Assembly (NCBI GenBank): GCA_900770445.1
Contig: CAAGKO010000009.1
Coordinates: 5,918 to 69,917 of the forward strand
Direction of reading: 5' to 3'
Source: an uncultured Oribacterium sp.
Lineage (GTDB): Bacteria; Bacillota; Clostridia; Lachnospirales; Lachnospiraceae
Length of the DNA stretch: 64,000 nt
A program made the translations under genes and the position numbers. The notes below the pieces were generated by a model that saw only the letters and a list, made by a program, of their open reading frames with translations, had not been told where the DNA came from and ran no database searches. Shown here piece by piece: positions 9,193 to 18,548 of this stretch; the first letter of the stretch is position 1; the number at the start of each line of letters is the position of its first letter.

Positions 9193-12108
9193 ATGAAAAA
9201 ACGAATGATGGCAAGCCTACTGGTAGCTGTGATGATTATAACTATGGTACAGTCTACGGTGCTTGCAGACTCTAATGAATCCATGAAACTACTTATGGAA
9301 AGTGAAGAGACGACAGATTCCCGCGACGATGATACGGCATCTCCGTCCGAGATCGATCGTGAAGAGACAACAGACTTCTGTGACGATGATGTGTCATCTC
9401 CATCCGACATTGAAGAAATCGAGCCGTTCGCAGAAGTAAACTATGAGGTATCCACCGACGCTGAGCTTATCACAGCACTGGATAAGATTAAGGCAAGCGA
9501 GGATACCGAAGCCACCATTGTGCTCGAAAAAGATGTAACGGCACCGAGTACTTCCGGCGGTAGCTATATGAGATCCTTTGGTGTGGATGGTAAGCATATT
9601 ACAGTAAAGAGCGAAGAGGGAGAAATGAAGAAGCTCTCCTTTCCTTATTATGGTGTTCTGACCGGTGACTGCACCTTTGATAATGTCGATGTGACCGGCA
9701 GCAGACTGTTCTGCAACGGTTACCAGACGATTTTCACCGAAAACGGTCAGATCCATTTGAGCGAAACGCTCTACGGCGGCGGTTACCAAACAACGGTAGC
9801 CAGTACATATGTTGTTATTGCAGCAACAGGTTATATCAATCCATACTCTGCCAGCGGTTTGCACGATGTGATTGGTGGCTCATATCAGGGATCGGTTGAG
9901 GGTGATACCTATCTGGAAATCACAGGTGATATTAAAATGCAGGGTGGCAACCACTTAAACCCTGGTTGCATGAAAGGTGATGGCAGTAGCGGCGATGGCA
10001 GGGATGTGCCCGATGTCTATGTCGGCGGCAATGCTACGCTGATTTATGACAACAAAAGCAGTACCGCGTCTCCTGCAATTGAAGGCACATACGGCTGCGA
10101 AATGAAGGGAGATGTCACGCTGGATGTTCGTGCAGGCCGTGTAGCGGGCATTGTCGGTACGGAGGAACCGGTCGATAAATCCATCATTCACGGTAATTTG
10201 CATATCATTGCAGGTAATCCTGCTTATGAGAATACCGATCAGGTTCTGCGGTTAGGTAGCAACTGGCCGATTATTGGCGCAGGCAATAGCTTTGCAACCT
10301 ATCCCGGTGTTGAGGGCAATTATACGGTAGACGGCAACATTACGATCGACACCTATGAAAATGTATGGGCATGGGACAAAGGAACTGAGCCCACCTCGTA
10401 TGATCTGCCGGAAATCTACGGAGCCTTGCGCGGTGATGTAGGCGGCAGCATTACGATCAATGCCCACGGTTCTCATGTACAGAACATTTTCGGTGCAAGC
10501 GATTCGGTTATTCAGGGTTCAGTTACGGTCAATGCAACCGATGTTGAACTGAAAAACAGCGAGTATGATACTGAATATGATGAAGGCTATCTTTTCGGCC
10601 TGTGGGAAAGAGGTATCCCAGCTACCGCCAAAGGCCCAGTGACCGTAACGGTAAACGGCGGCGATGTGGGCCTTGTGATGGCTACCGATCAAGAAACTGT
10701 ACCGGCGGGGTCTTCCATTAATGTCACCGGAAAGCCGAAAATCCGCAACGGTATCCGCGGAACACAGGCAAGTTCTTATTCGACCGAATTCCCGGTTGCC
10801 AATGTCTATGCCTGTGAGGCAACCATTCCGTTCATCAAGGGGATGTCGCAAGTCAATATCACAAACAATTCCGCAGTGACTGCCCATATTATGACCAGCA
10901 ATGCCGGCTTGTTGGTAGAGGAAGGCAGCAGCCTGACAACGGATAACGGTCAGGTCTGGATTTGGGGCGATACTGTCATTAACGGCACCTGGGAACAGCT
11001 GCATAGTCAGACGGCTAATTATAACGATATTTTTGTCAATGGCACCACACAGATCGGTTCAACCGGCCATCTGATCAATCATGGCGCAAGTAATCTGAAC
11101 GGGGCAGTGACCAATGACGGAGTGATGGCTTTCATGAGATGGGCATTACTTCAGAGTGACTATACGGCGAATCATGGGGAGCTGCGTCTGCCGGCAGTGG
11201 CAGATGGTGCAAATTACGATACCGGTACAATTCCGGTACAAATAAATGGACTTTCCACAGGTACAACTACGGTCAACACAGTTGATCCGGCAGACTGGAA
11301 TACATTGAAAAAACCTATGCTCGGCGACAACTATATTCTCTCAAAGAAAAATACGGATGCGCCTGCTCAGGAGGCGTTCCTCTTGGGGAATGAGGATGCT
11401 CTGCAAAGCGGCTGCTTTCTTAAACGTATGGCCGATGCTGACGGCACAGATGACTATTATATGTGGCAGGTGGCCAGTGGAATTCGTGTGATCTTCGACA
11501 AAGATGGTGGTGATACCGAAGCATCTCCTCACATTATGGTAGAGGAAAAAATCGCTGGCCTCGTAGACCATTTTAATCTGCCTAATGTCGAACCAACTCG
11601 TAGCAACTACGAGTTTACCGGCTGGAATACGAAGCCGGATGGGAGCGGAGATGTGTTCACTGCCGAAACCGATGTTAAAGAAAGCATGACGGTTTATGCA
11701 CAGTGGAAGCCTCTCACAAACAACGGCAGTGGTAATCCTGGAGGAACAGGCACCGAAGAGCACCCGGGAGGTGTAAGTGGTGGCAATGGAAATAACCCTG
11801 GAGGAGCTGGCAATGGAGAGCAAACAGGGAATGCAGGTGAAGGTAACAGTGTCATCGGTAGTGGCATAACGGAAGAAACGACCGCTGCGGATGGCCAGGA
11901 TTCCGCTACGCTGGTGACGCAGGACAATGCGATCACACCGGACAGTACAAACACACCGGAAAAGGCAGACGCACAGGATAGGCCGCAACCGCTGGCCGCG
12001 CACAGATCTGTAAAAACCGGTGATGAAAGCAATATGGTTCTGTGGTTCACGCTGATGCTTATCTCAGTTTGTGCATTTACAAGTGATTATATTTATAAGA
12101 GAAAGTAG
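9193..12108 (+). CDS. Large secreted cell-surface protein (putative adhesin) with a beta-solenoid-like G-rich repeat body, a Listeria-Bacteroides (Flg_new-type) repeat and a C-terminal cell-wall sorting signal
   Basis: Signal peptide MKKRMMASLLVAVMIITMVQS. The segment NYEFTGWNTKPDGSGDVFTAETDVKESMTVYAQWKP matches the Flg_new repeat. The C-terminus reads SVKTGD + hydrophobic stretch + KRK, a non-canonical LPXTG-like sortase signal. Confidence 0.7.
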   Translation: MKKRMMASLLVAVMIITMVQSTVLADSNESMKLLMESEETTDSRDDDTASPSEIDREETTDFCDDDVSSPSDIEEIEPFAEVNYEVSTDAELITALDKIKASEDTEATIVLEKDVTAPSTSGGSYMRSFGVDGKHITVKSEEGEMKKLSFPYYGVLTGDCTFDNVDVTGSRLFCNGYQTIFTENGQIHLSETLYGGGYQTTVASTYVVIAATGYINPYSASGLHDVIGGSYQGSVEGDTYLEITGDIKMQGGNHLNPGCMKGDGSSGDGRDVPDVYVGGNATLIYDNKSSTASPAIEGTYGCEMKGDVTLDVRAGRVAGIVGTEEPVDKSIIHGNLHIIAGNPAYENTDQVLRLGSNWPIIGAGNSFATYPGVEGNYTVDGNITIDTYENVWAWDKGTEPTSYDLPEIYGALRGDVGGSITINAHGSHVQNIFGASDSVIQGSVTVNATDVELKNSEYDTEYDEGYLFGLWERGIPATAKGPVTVTVNGGDVGLVMATDQETVPAGSSINVTGKPKIRNGIRGTQASSYSTEFPVANVYACEATIPFIKGMSQVNITNNSAVTAHIMTSNAGLLVEEGSSLTTDNGQVWIWGDTVINGTWEQLHSQTANYNDIFVNGTTQIGSTGHLINHGASNLNGAVTNDGVMAFMRWALLQSDYTANHGELRLPAVADGANYDTGTIPVQINGLSTGTTTVNTVDPADWNTLKKPMLGDNYILSKKNTDAPAQEAFLLGNEDALQSGCFLKRMADADGTDDYYMWQVASGIRVIFDKDGGDTEASPHIMVEEKIAGLVDHFNLPNVEPTRSNYEFTGWNTKPDGSGDVFTAETDVKESMTVYAQWKPLTNNGSGNPGGTGTEEHPGGVSGGNGNNPGGAGNGEQTGNAGEGNSVIGSGITEETTAADGQDSATLVTQDNAITPDSTNTPEKADAQDRPQPLAAHRSVKTGDESNMVLWFTLMLISVCAFTSDYIYKRK

Positions 12109-12213
12109 ATTTCTTTGTACGCTCGCTTCGTCGTGCAGGGACAACTGCTCGAAATCTGAAAGGCAGCCATTGACGTGACTCCGGGGCTCTTGCCGATTTC
12201 AGTAGAAGTTATT

Positions 12214-12252
12214 TCCAGACAGCAAACGACCTGCCCCGCGAGGGACAGGTCG
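12214..12252. terminator. Bidirectional hairpin terminator between the convergent surface-protein gene and asnB
   Basis: CAAACGACCTGCCCCGCGAGGGACAGGTCGTTTG forms a perfect ~12-bp stem. Confidence 0.6.
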
Positions 12253-12301
12253 TTTGCCTTAGGGAGTATAGGTTAATACGGCTATGCCGTTAACCATCGG
12301 A

Positions 12302-13888
12302 TTATTTTCCGGAATCGCCGTAGTTTGAGAGGACGCGGGCGGATGGGTCGTTGACGGCGCATCCGGGCCAGGTCCTGTTCGGCATCCAGAAATCGGTGAC
12401 CATCTGGGACTGTCCCGGATAGTACTCTTCGAAGATTTCGCGGTAGAGGAGCGACTCCTTCGTGAACGGCGTCGCGTGCGTGTATTTCTGACGCTTCTCC
12501 TCGAATTCCGCGTCGGTATACTGCTTCTCGGCGAACTCCGCGAGGTCATCCTTCATGGAGTGACCGACGGCGTCGGAGAAGGCCGCCTTCTCACGCATGA
12601 GGATGTCCTCCGGCAGGAGATGATCGGCCTCAAACGCGTGACGAAGGAGATACTTACCCTTGTGGTAGTGGTTCAGCTTCTTCTCCGGATCGATGTGCAT
12701 CACGTAATCGACGAAGTCAATGTCTCCGAACGGTACGCGTGCCTCGAGAGAGTTTACGCTGATGCAGCGGTCAGCACGAAGTACATCGTACATGTGCAGC
12801 TCGCGGATACGCTTCTCGGCTTCCTTCTGGAATTCCTCGGCGCTCGGTGCGAAATCGGTGTACTTGTAGCCGAAGAGTTCGTCGGAGATCTCACCGGTCA
12901 GGAGAACACGGACATCGGACTGCTCGTGGATCGCCTTACAGCAGAGATACATGCCGATGGAAGCACGGATGGTGGTGATATCGTAGGTTCCGAGGGTCGC
13001 GATGACCTCCCGAAGGGCGGCCAGGACATCCTCACGGGACATGATGACCTCGTGATGGTTTGCACCGATGTAGTCCGCGACCTCACGTGCATACTTGAGG
13101 TCGATCGCATCGACATCCATACCGATGGCGTAGGTCTCGATCGGCTTCTTCAGAAGCTTCTGAGAAATCGCACAGACGAGCGAGGAGTCGAGACCACCGG
13201 AAAGCAGGAAGCCGACCGGTGCGTCCGCGTCGAGACGCTTCTTCACACCCTCGACGAGAAGATCGTGGATGTTGTGGGCGATCTCCTCGAGATCGTCGTG
13301 CGTGTTGTATTTATGCACCACGGACAGGTCGTGATAGCAGACGAACTGGCCATCCTTATAGTAGTGTCCTGGTGGAAATGGCTTGATTTCATGGCAGAGA
13401 CCCACGAGGTTCTTCGGCTCGGAGGCAAATGCCAGCGTGCCGGCGTCAGTGGTGCCATAGTAGAGGGGACGAATACCGATCGGATCCCGCGCCGCGATGT
13501 AGTCATTGGCCTCTGCGTCGTAAATGATGAGTGCGAACTCCGCGTCGAGCATACGGAACATCTCGGTGCCGAGCTCACGCCAGAGCGGAAGCAGGATCTC
13601 GCAGTCAGAATCGGACTGGAAGGTATAACCTTCCTTCGCGAGCTTCTCACGCAGCGGGCGGAAACCGTAGATCTCGCCGTTGCAGACCACATAGGAACCA
13701 TCCAGCTCGAACGGCTGCATGCCGGCGTCGGTCAGGCCCATGATGGCGAGACGATTGAAGCCGAGGTAGCCGTTACCGGTGTCGACGATACGGGTATCGT
13801 CCGGTCCTCTCGATGTAGTCTTCAGAAGCGCGGCCTTGACGACCTCATACTGTGTGCGCTTGTCACAGAATCCGATAATACTGCACAT
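12302..13888 (-). CDS. asnB: Asparagine synthetase B (glutamine-hydrolysing)
   Basis: N-terminal MCSIIGF Ntn-amidotransferase nucleophile and SGGLDSS PP-loop. RBS GGGAGAG before the ATG at 13888. The longer ORF-track start at 14245 is an upstream extension. Confidence 0.9.
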   Translation of the reverse strand: MCSIIGFCDKRTQYEVVKAALLKTTSRGPDDTRIVDTGNGYLGFNRLAIMGLTDAGMQPFELDGSYVVCNGEIYGFRPLREKLAKEGYTFQSDSDCEILLPLWRELGTEMFRMLDAEFALIIYDAEANDYIAARDPIGIRPLYYGTTDAGTLAFASEPKNLVGLCHEIKPFPPGHYYKDGQFVCYHDLSVVHKYNTHDDLEEIAHNIHDLLVEGVKKRLDADAPVGFLLSGGLDSSLVCAISQKLLKKPIETYAIGMDVDAIDLKYAREVADYIGANHHEVIMSREDVLAALREVIATLGTYDITTIRASIGMYLCCKAIHEQSDVRVLLTGEISDELFGYKYTDFAPSAEEFQKEAEKRIRELHMYDVLRADRCISVNSLEARVPFGDIDFVDYVMHIDPEKKLNHYHKGKYLLRHAFEADHLLPEDILMREKAAFSDAVGHSMKDDLAEFAEKQYTDAEFEEKRQKYTHATPFTKESLLYREIFEEYYPGQSQMVTDFWMPNRTWPGCAVNDPSARVLSNYGDSGK

Positions 13889-14002
13889 ATGGTTACTCTC
13901 CCTAATAAATTTATGTCCGTCGAAAGCTCGCCGCTGTGCCCACAGGGGCTGTGGCGACAGGTGACAGGGCGACTCGGGTCGTGCGCTGCCAGACCGGACA
14001 GA

Positions 14003-14051
14003 ATAAAAAAGACGGCAGAGATGTAGCGATACACGCGACACCTTTGCCGTC
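14003..14051 (-). terminator. Intrinsic terminator inside the asnB 5' leader (stem GACGGCAAAGG...CTCTGCCGTC + U6 on the minus strand)
   Basis: The hairpin followed by TTTTTTATT in the asnB transcript orientation sits ~115 nt upstream of the start codon. This is an attenuator-like arrangement. Confidence 0.5.
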
Positions 14052-14269
14052 CATTGATGCTCCACATTATGAAACGGTGCGAAAAGATTGTCAAGCGTCG
14101 ATTTGGAATAGCAGATATTCGCCATGCGAATCAGTCGCTGGTACTGGCCGAAGACGTTTGAGGCGCTCCTCATTCGCCCACCCCCATGAAAACAGTGGCT
14201 ACCTGCATGCGTTGGACCCACCCCAAGCTCATGAGGAGGCCTCAAACATCTGGCAACTCGGAAGTAAAA

Positions 14270-15020
14270 TAGACAATTTCACAAAAACCGTTTATAGCGT
14301 TCATACGCCATTAGTTTTTATGATTTTTGTTACAAATAAGCGATTTTCTGGCTGAGTGACATTAGATGGTTTTCGCAAAGCGAGGTTTTCAAAGAGCGAT
14401 GCCATTATATTTTCAGGAGTTTGTAATAAACAGGGCATTTTCAAGATGCGTGCCATTAAGTGACTTTTACAAATTCTAAATTTCAGCGATCTGTGCCATT
14501 AGATTATTTCACAGATTAAGAAATATCAGACTCTGTGACATTAAGCATTTGGCTTCGCAGATGGAATACGGGGCGATTTACGAAGAAAAATCTGGACGGA
14601 GATAAAGTCACAGCTTCTGAAATGGGCGGTTTTGCGTCAAAAATCGGGATTTCACTCGGATTTTACTGGGCGAGAGTGACGGGACTTAATGTCATAGACT
14701 CGCCAGGTGAGGAAGCTGTGAAAAAGTATAATGGCATACGATTCGGATAAAGTAAATTTGTGAAAAAACTGATGCCAGTCATCACTCGGTCCCCCTCTTA
14801 CCGTTGGCAGCCTTACCATTTTTCACTGTTTTGATGCAGCTTCACCCGCTCGAACGAAAACAGGCGCCGATTTTTCGTTTGCCTGCACGGGGCGGGGCAG
14901 ATATGTAAGTAGATAAAAGACATATACTGGGGTGGGCAGGCAAACGAGAAGCGGTGCCCCGGTATGGACATCACTTGAGAATTATCCAGGTTACAAAATC
15001 ACCCAGGCTGAACTGTTACT
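14270..15020. repeat. Copy 1 of a ~750-bp structured non-coding repeat. It holds an array of TG(N)CATTA motifs spaced ~42 bp and a GC-rich hairpin GTTTGCCTGC...GCAGGCAAAC.
   Basis: It is ~90% identical to the reverse complement of 29450-30200, and a partial third copy lies at 30405-30590. No intact ORF is conserved between the copies. Confidence 0.85.
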
Positions 15021-15059
15021 AGTGAATACCAGCCATAATATTTTGTAATCAAAGATTTC

Positions 15060-15087
15060 TTGACATTCGCGTTTCCGAAATTATAAT
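15060..15087 (+). promoter_or_regulatory. Sigma-A-type promoter (TTGACA-N16-TATAAT) upstream of dapL, followed by a terminator-like hairpin at 15094-15146
   Basis: TTGACA at 15060-15065 and TATAAT at 15082-15087. AAAAGGGCA...TGCCCTTTTT follows, ~50 nt before the ATG. Confidence 0.55.
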
Positions 15088-15194
15088 GTCATCAAAAGGG
15101 CAAGGGCGTCCTGGTTTCACCAGAGAGTCTATGCCCTTTTTCATTTGAAAAATACATATCGAACATTCAACATTTCATGCTGGGGAGTATAAAA

Positions 15195-16397
15195 ATGTCT
15201 GCAACGATCAATCAAAACTATCTGAAATTAAATGAGAGCTATCTTTTTGCGGAGATCGCGCGTCGTATCCGTGAGTGGCAGTCGGCGCATCCGGAGCTCA
15301 GCAGTCAGCTGATCCGCATGGGCATCGGTGATGTCACCCGCCCACTGCCGAAGACCGTCGTCGATGCGATGGTGAAGGCGGCGCAGGAGATGGGTCAGGC
15401 CGAGAGCTTCCATGGCTACGGTCCGGAGCAGGGCTACGATTTCCTGAAGACAGCGATCCAGTCTTATTATAAGAAGTTCGGCGTTCAGCTCGCCCTCGAC
15501 GAGATCTTCATCTCGGACGGCGCGAAGTCCGATCTCGGCAACATCCTGGATCTCTTCGATGAGAAGAACACCGTGCTCGTCACCGACCCGGTCTATCCGG
15601 TCTACGTCGACACCAACATGATGTCCGGCCGGAAGATCATCTACGCGATGTCTTCTGAAGAAAACGGATTCCTGCCGCTTCCGGCACCAGAGTACCGGGC
15701 CGACATCATCTACCTCTGCAGCCCGAACAACCCGACCGGTGCCGTCTATGACCGCGAGGGCCTCACGAAGTGGGTGCGTTTCGCACAGGAGAACAACGCC
15801 ATCCTCCTTTTCGATGCCGCCTATGAGTGCTTCGTGACCGGCGACCTGCCGCACAGTATCTATGAGATCCCGGGCGCACGTGACGTCGCGATCGAGTTCT
15901 GCAGCTTCTCGAAGAAGGCCGGATTCACGGGTACCCGTTGCGGCTACACCGTCGTACCGGACACCCTGAAGCGCGAGGGCGCGAGCCTCAACAAGATGTG
16001 GCTTCGCCGCCAGACCACGAAGTTCAACGGCGTGAGCTACATCACCCAGCGCGGTGCAGAGGCCGTCTTCACCGAGGCCGGCGAGCGGGAGATCGAGGAG
16101 AACCTGCAGTACTACAGGGACAATGCCTCCATCATCACCGAAACGATGGATCGTCTCCATATCTACTATACCGGTGGCAAGAATTCACCGTACATCTGGC
16201 TCAAGTGCCCTGGCGACATGGACAGCTGGAGCTTCTTCGATAAGCTTCTGAATGAAGCCTACGTGGTCGGCACCCCGGGCGCCGGCTTCGGAAAGAGCGG
16301 CGAGAAGTTCTTCCGCCTCACTGCCTTCTCGACCCACGAGAATACCCGCGAGGCGATGGCCCGCTTCGAGAAGCTCGTCCGGTCGATGAGTTTATAA
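15195..16397 (+). CDS. dapL: LL-diaminopimelate aminotransferase (class I/II PLP aminotransferase, DapL-like)
   Basis: N-terminal NYLKLNESYLFAEIARRI...IRMGIGDVTRPLP is diagnostic of DapL. PLP-lysine region SFSKKAGFTG. RBS GGGGAG. Confidence 0.7.
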   Translation: MSATINQNYLKLNESYLFAEIARRIREWQSAHPELSSQLIRMGIGDVTRPLPKTVVDAMVKAAQEMGQAESFHGYGPEQGYDFLKTAIQSYYKKFGVQLALDEIFISDGAKSDLGNILDLFDEKNTVLVTDPVYPVYVDTNMMSGRKIIYAMSSEENGFLPLPAPEYRADIIYLCSPNNPTGAVYDREGLTKWVRFAQENNAILLFDAAYECFVTGDLPHSIYEIPGARDVAIEFCSFSKKAGFTGTRCGYTVVPDTLKREGASLNKMWLRRQTTKFNGVSYITQRGAEAVFTEAGEREIEENLQYYRDNASIITETMDRLHIYYTGGKNSPYIWLKCPGDMDSWSFFDKLLNEAYVVGTPGAGFGKSGEKFFRLTAFSTHENTREAMARFEKLVRSMSL

Positions 16398-16568
16398 AAA
16401 TTTAATGGGGTCTGACCCCATTAAGTATCGGGGAGTGACGATGGTACGGCGGCCTGCATTGGTAAGCGGGCAGGGGTCAGACCCCATAAACTGCCGAGGA
16501 CACGGACAGCCGATGCATGGCAGCTATAGCAAAAAGTACTGTATTCTGAGGAAAAAGCGAGTTTACAT

Positions 16569-17834
16569 ATGATCGATTTAAGTAATACAATATTTAAAAC
16601 CTATGATGATGTTGAGGTGAAGGATATGAATTCGTATGAAGACATCCTCGAGTTTGTGGAAGAGGAGAATGTCAAGTTTATAAGACTCGCTTTTTTCGAT
16701 GTGTTCGGCGTTCAGAAGAACATCGCGATCATGCCGGATGAGCTGAAGCGTGCGTTCAGTGAGGGCATCAGCATCGATGCGAGCTCGGTATGCGGCTTCG
16801 GTGCGGATGTCCGTTCCGATATCTTCCTTCGTCCGGATCCGACGACCATGTCGATCGTGCCGTGGCGTCCGGTCGATGGCCGTGTGGCACGGATGTTCTG
16901 TGACATCGAGTATCCGGATGGAAAGACCTTCGAGAAGGACAGTCGCTGGATCCTGAAGCAGGCGGTCGAAAAGGCGGCCGATCGTGGCATCCACGTGAAC
17001 TTCGGCACCGAGGTCGAGTTCTACATCTTTAAGCTCGACGATGACGGCAACCGCACGATGATTCCGCAGGACCAGGCGTCCTACATGGACATCGCGCCGG
17101 AGGATCATGGTGAGAACATCCGCCGCGACATCAGCTTCGCCCTCGTGGACATGGGCATCCGCCCGGAGGCAAGTCATCACGAGATGGGCCCGGGACAGAA
17201 CGAGATCGACTTCCGTTATGCCGATCCGCTGATAGCGGCGGACAATGCTTCCACCTTCAAGTGGGTGGTGAAGTCCATCGCGACATCGGATGGCGTGTGG
17301 GCTGATTTTTCGCCGAAGCCACTCGCCGACAAGCCGGGCAACGGCATGCACATCAACATGTCGGTGGAGTCCCGTGACGGACAGGATCACAGCGCCGCCT
17401 TCATGGCGGGCATCCTCGAGCATATCCGTGAGATGACGCTCTTCCTGAATCCGACCCGGGAGAGCTACGAGCGACTCGGTGACATGAAGGCACCGAAGTT
17501 CGTGAGCTGGTCCGAGCAGAACCGCTCACAGCTCATCCGTATCCCGGCGAGCCGCTCGGATCTCAAGCGCTTCGAGCTCCGTTCACCGGATCCGATGGCG
17601 AATCCGTACCTCGCCTTCGCCCTGCTGATCTACGCCGGCCTCGATGGTATCGAGCGCGGACTCGAGCCGATGGCACCGCTGGATGTGAACCTGTTTAAGG
17701 CGGACGCATCCATCACGGATCAGCTGAAGCGCCTGCCGCAGTCACTCGACGAGGCTGCCGCCTACGCACAGAGCTCCGAGTTCATCCGGTCGATCGTGCC
17801 GGCGGAGTACTTCGACGCATATACGATTCTTTAG
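16569..17834 (+). CDS. glnA: Glutamine synthetase, short type I (GSI-alpha-like, 421 aa)
   Basis: GS ATP-binding signature KPLADKPGNGMHINMS and a GS catalytic-domain layout. Confidence 0.75.
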   Translation: MIDLSNTIFKTYDDVEVKDMNSYEDILEFVEEENVKFIRLAFFDVFGVQKNIAIMPDELKRAFSEGISIDASSVCGFGADVRSDIFLRPDPTTMSIVPWRPVDGRVARMFCDIEYPDGKTFEKDSRWILKQAVEKAADRGIHVNFGTEVEFYIFKLDDDGNRTMIPQDQASYMDIAPEDHGENIRRDISFALVDMGIRPEASHHEMGPGQNEIDFRYADPLIAADNASTFKWVVKSIATSDGVWADFSPKPLADKPGNGMHINMSVESRDGQDHSAAFMAGILEHIREMTLFLNPTRESYERLGDMKAPKFVSWSEQNRSQLIRIPASRSDLKRFELRSPDPMANPYLAFALLIYAGLDGIERGLEPMAPLDVNLFKADASITDQLKRLPQSLDEAAAYAQSSEFIRSIVPAEYFDAYTIL

Positions 17835-17854
17835 TAACATTTAGGGAGATTCAC

Positions 17855-18457
17855 ATGGAAAGAACGGAGCAAAGGAGCAGCGTACTGATCGCGGCTCAAT
17901 CTGAAAAGATCGCCGTCCAGATCAAGGGCATACTGCCCGCTGGCTTCGGTCGCGTGACTTTCCAGCCGTCCATGGCGCGGGTGAAGCAGACGCTCACCGA
18001 GGAACGGGCGGATCTCCTGATCATCTACACACCGCTGTCGGATGATTCCGGCGTTCAGTCGATCCTCGATCTGAGTGTCAAATATCCGGCGATGAGCATC
18101 CTTCTCATCGTGTCGAAGGAAGCGTATCAACAGGTGCTTTACCGGGCCGGCGACACCGGCATCACGGTCCTGGCGAGACCGATCAGCACCGGCACCTTCG
18201 TTTCGGCGATCCAGATGCTCGGCGCGATGAGCCGTAAGGTTCAGCGTCTGCTCGAGGAGAATGCGAAGCTGCAGCGGAAGCTCGAGGATGAGCGTTACGT
18301 CAGCCGGGCAAAAGCCCTTCTCATCGAGAAGCAGGGCATGACGGAGGGCGAGGCACACAAGTACCTCGAGCGCCAGGCCATGAACGGCAGCGTCACCCGC
18401 CGCGAGGTCGCCCTGAAGATCATCCGCGAGAGCGGACGAATCATTGTAGGTACATGA
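17855..18457 (+). CDS. ANTAR-domain antiterminator with a pseudo-receiver domain (NitR/AmiR-like)
   Basis: C-terminal ANTAR helix region (VSRAKALLIEKQGMTEGEAHKYLERQAMNGSVTRREVALKII). The N-terminal REC-like fold carries Tyr (LLIIYTPL) where the phospho-acceptor Asp is expected. RBS GGGAG. Confidence 0.8.
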   Translation: MERTEQRSSVLIAAQSEKIAVQIKGILPAGFGRVTFQPSMARVKQTLTEERADLLIIYTPLSDDSGVQSILDLSVKYPAMSILLIVSKEAYQQVLYRAGDTGITVLARPISTGTFVSAIQMLGAMSRKVQRLLEENAKLQRKLEDERYVSRAKALLIEKQGMTEGEAHKYLERQAMNGSVTRREVALKIIRESGRIIVGT

Positions 18458-18489
18458 GAGGGCCGTGCGAACAATTAAATCTGTAAATG

Positions 18490-18548
18490 AAGAGGACAAT
18501 GGGGTCCGGGAAGTTTTTTTCCTGTGCCTTGTTGTCCTCTTTTTTATA
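18490..18548 (+). terminator. Leader terminator between the ANTAR regulator and glnN (AAGAGGACAA...TTGTCCTCTT + T6); candidate ANTAR antitermination target
   Basis: Strong intrinsic terminator in the 200-nt gap. glnN has its own RBS (AGGAGGAG) downstream. Confidence 0.7.

Noticed and set aside
13995-14060. Possible T-box riboswitch upstream of asnB
   Set aside because: No match to the conserved T-box sequence (AAUUAGGGUGGNACCGCG) near the terminator. I kept it only as a generic attenuator or riboswitch candidate.
13936-14355. 139-aa plus-strand ORF in the asnB upstream region
   Set aside because: It overlaps the asnB leader hairpins and the repeat boundary, and it is not conserved in the second repeat copy.
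14535-14750. Small ORFs inside the 750-bp repeats (71 aa at 14535-14750; 139 aa and 72 aa at 29726-30145 and 29794-30012)
   Set aside because: The two repeat copies differ by frameshifts across these ORFs and the region is built of periodic DNA motifs, so I treat it as non-coding.
16398-16568. ANTAR dual-hexaloop target upstream of glnA
   Set aside because: The hairpins present (GGGGTCTGACCCC) have 5-nt loops and belong to the dispersed terminator-like family. I could not identify hexaloops with A1/G4 by eye, so this needs a covariance-model search.
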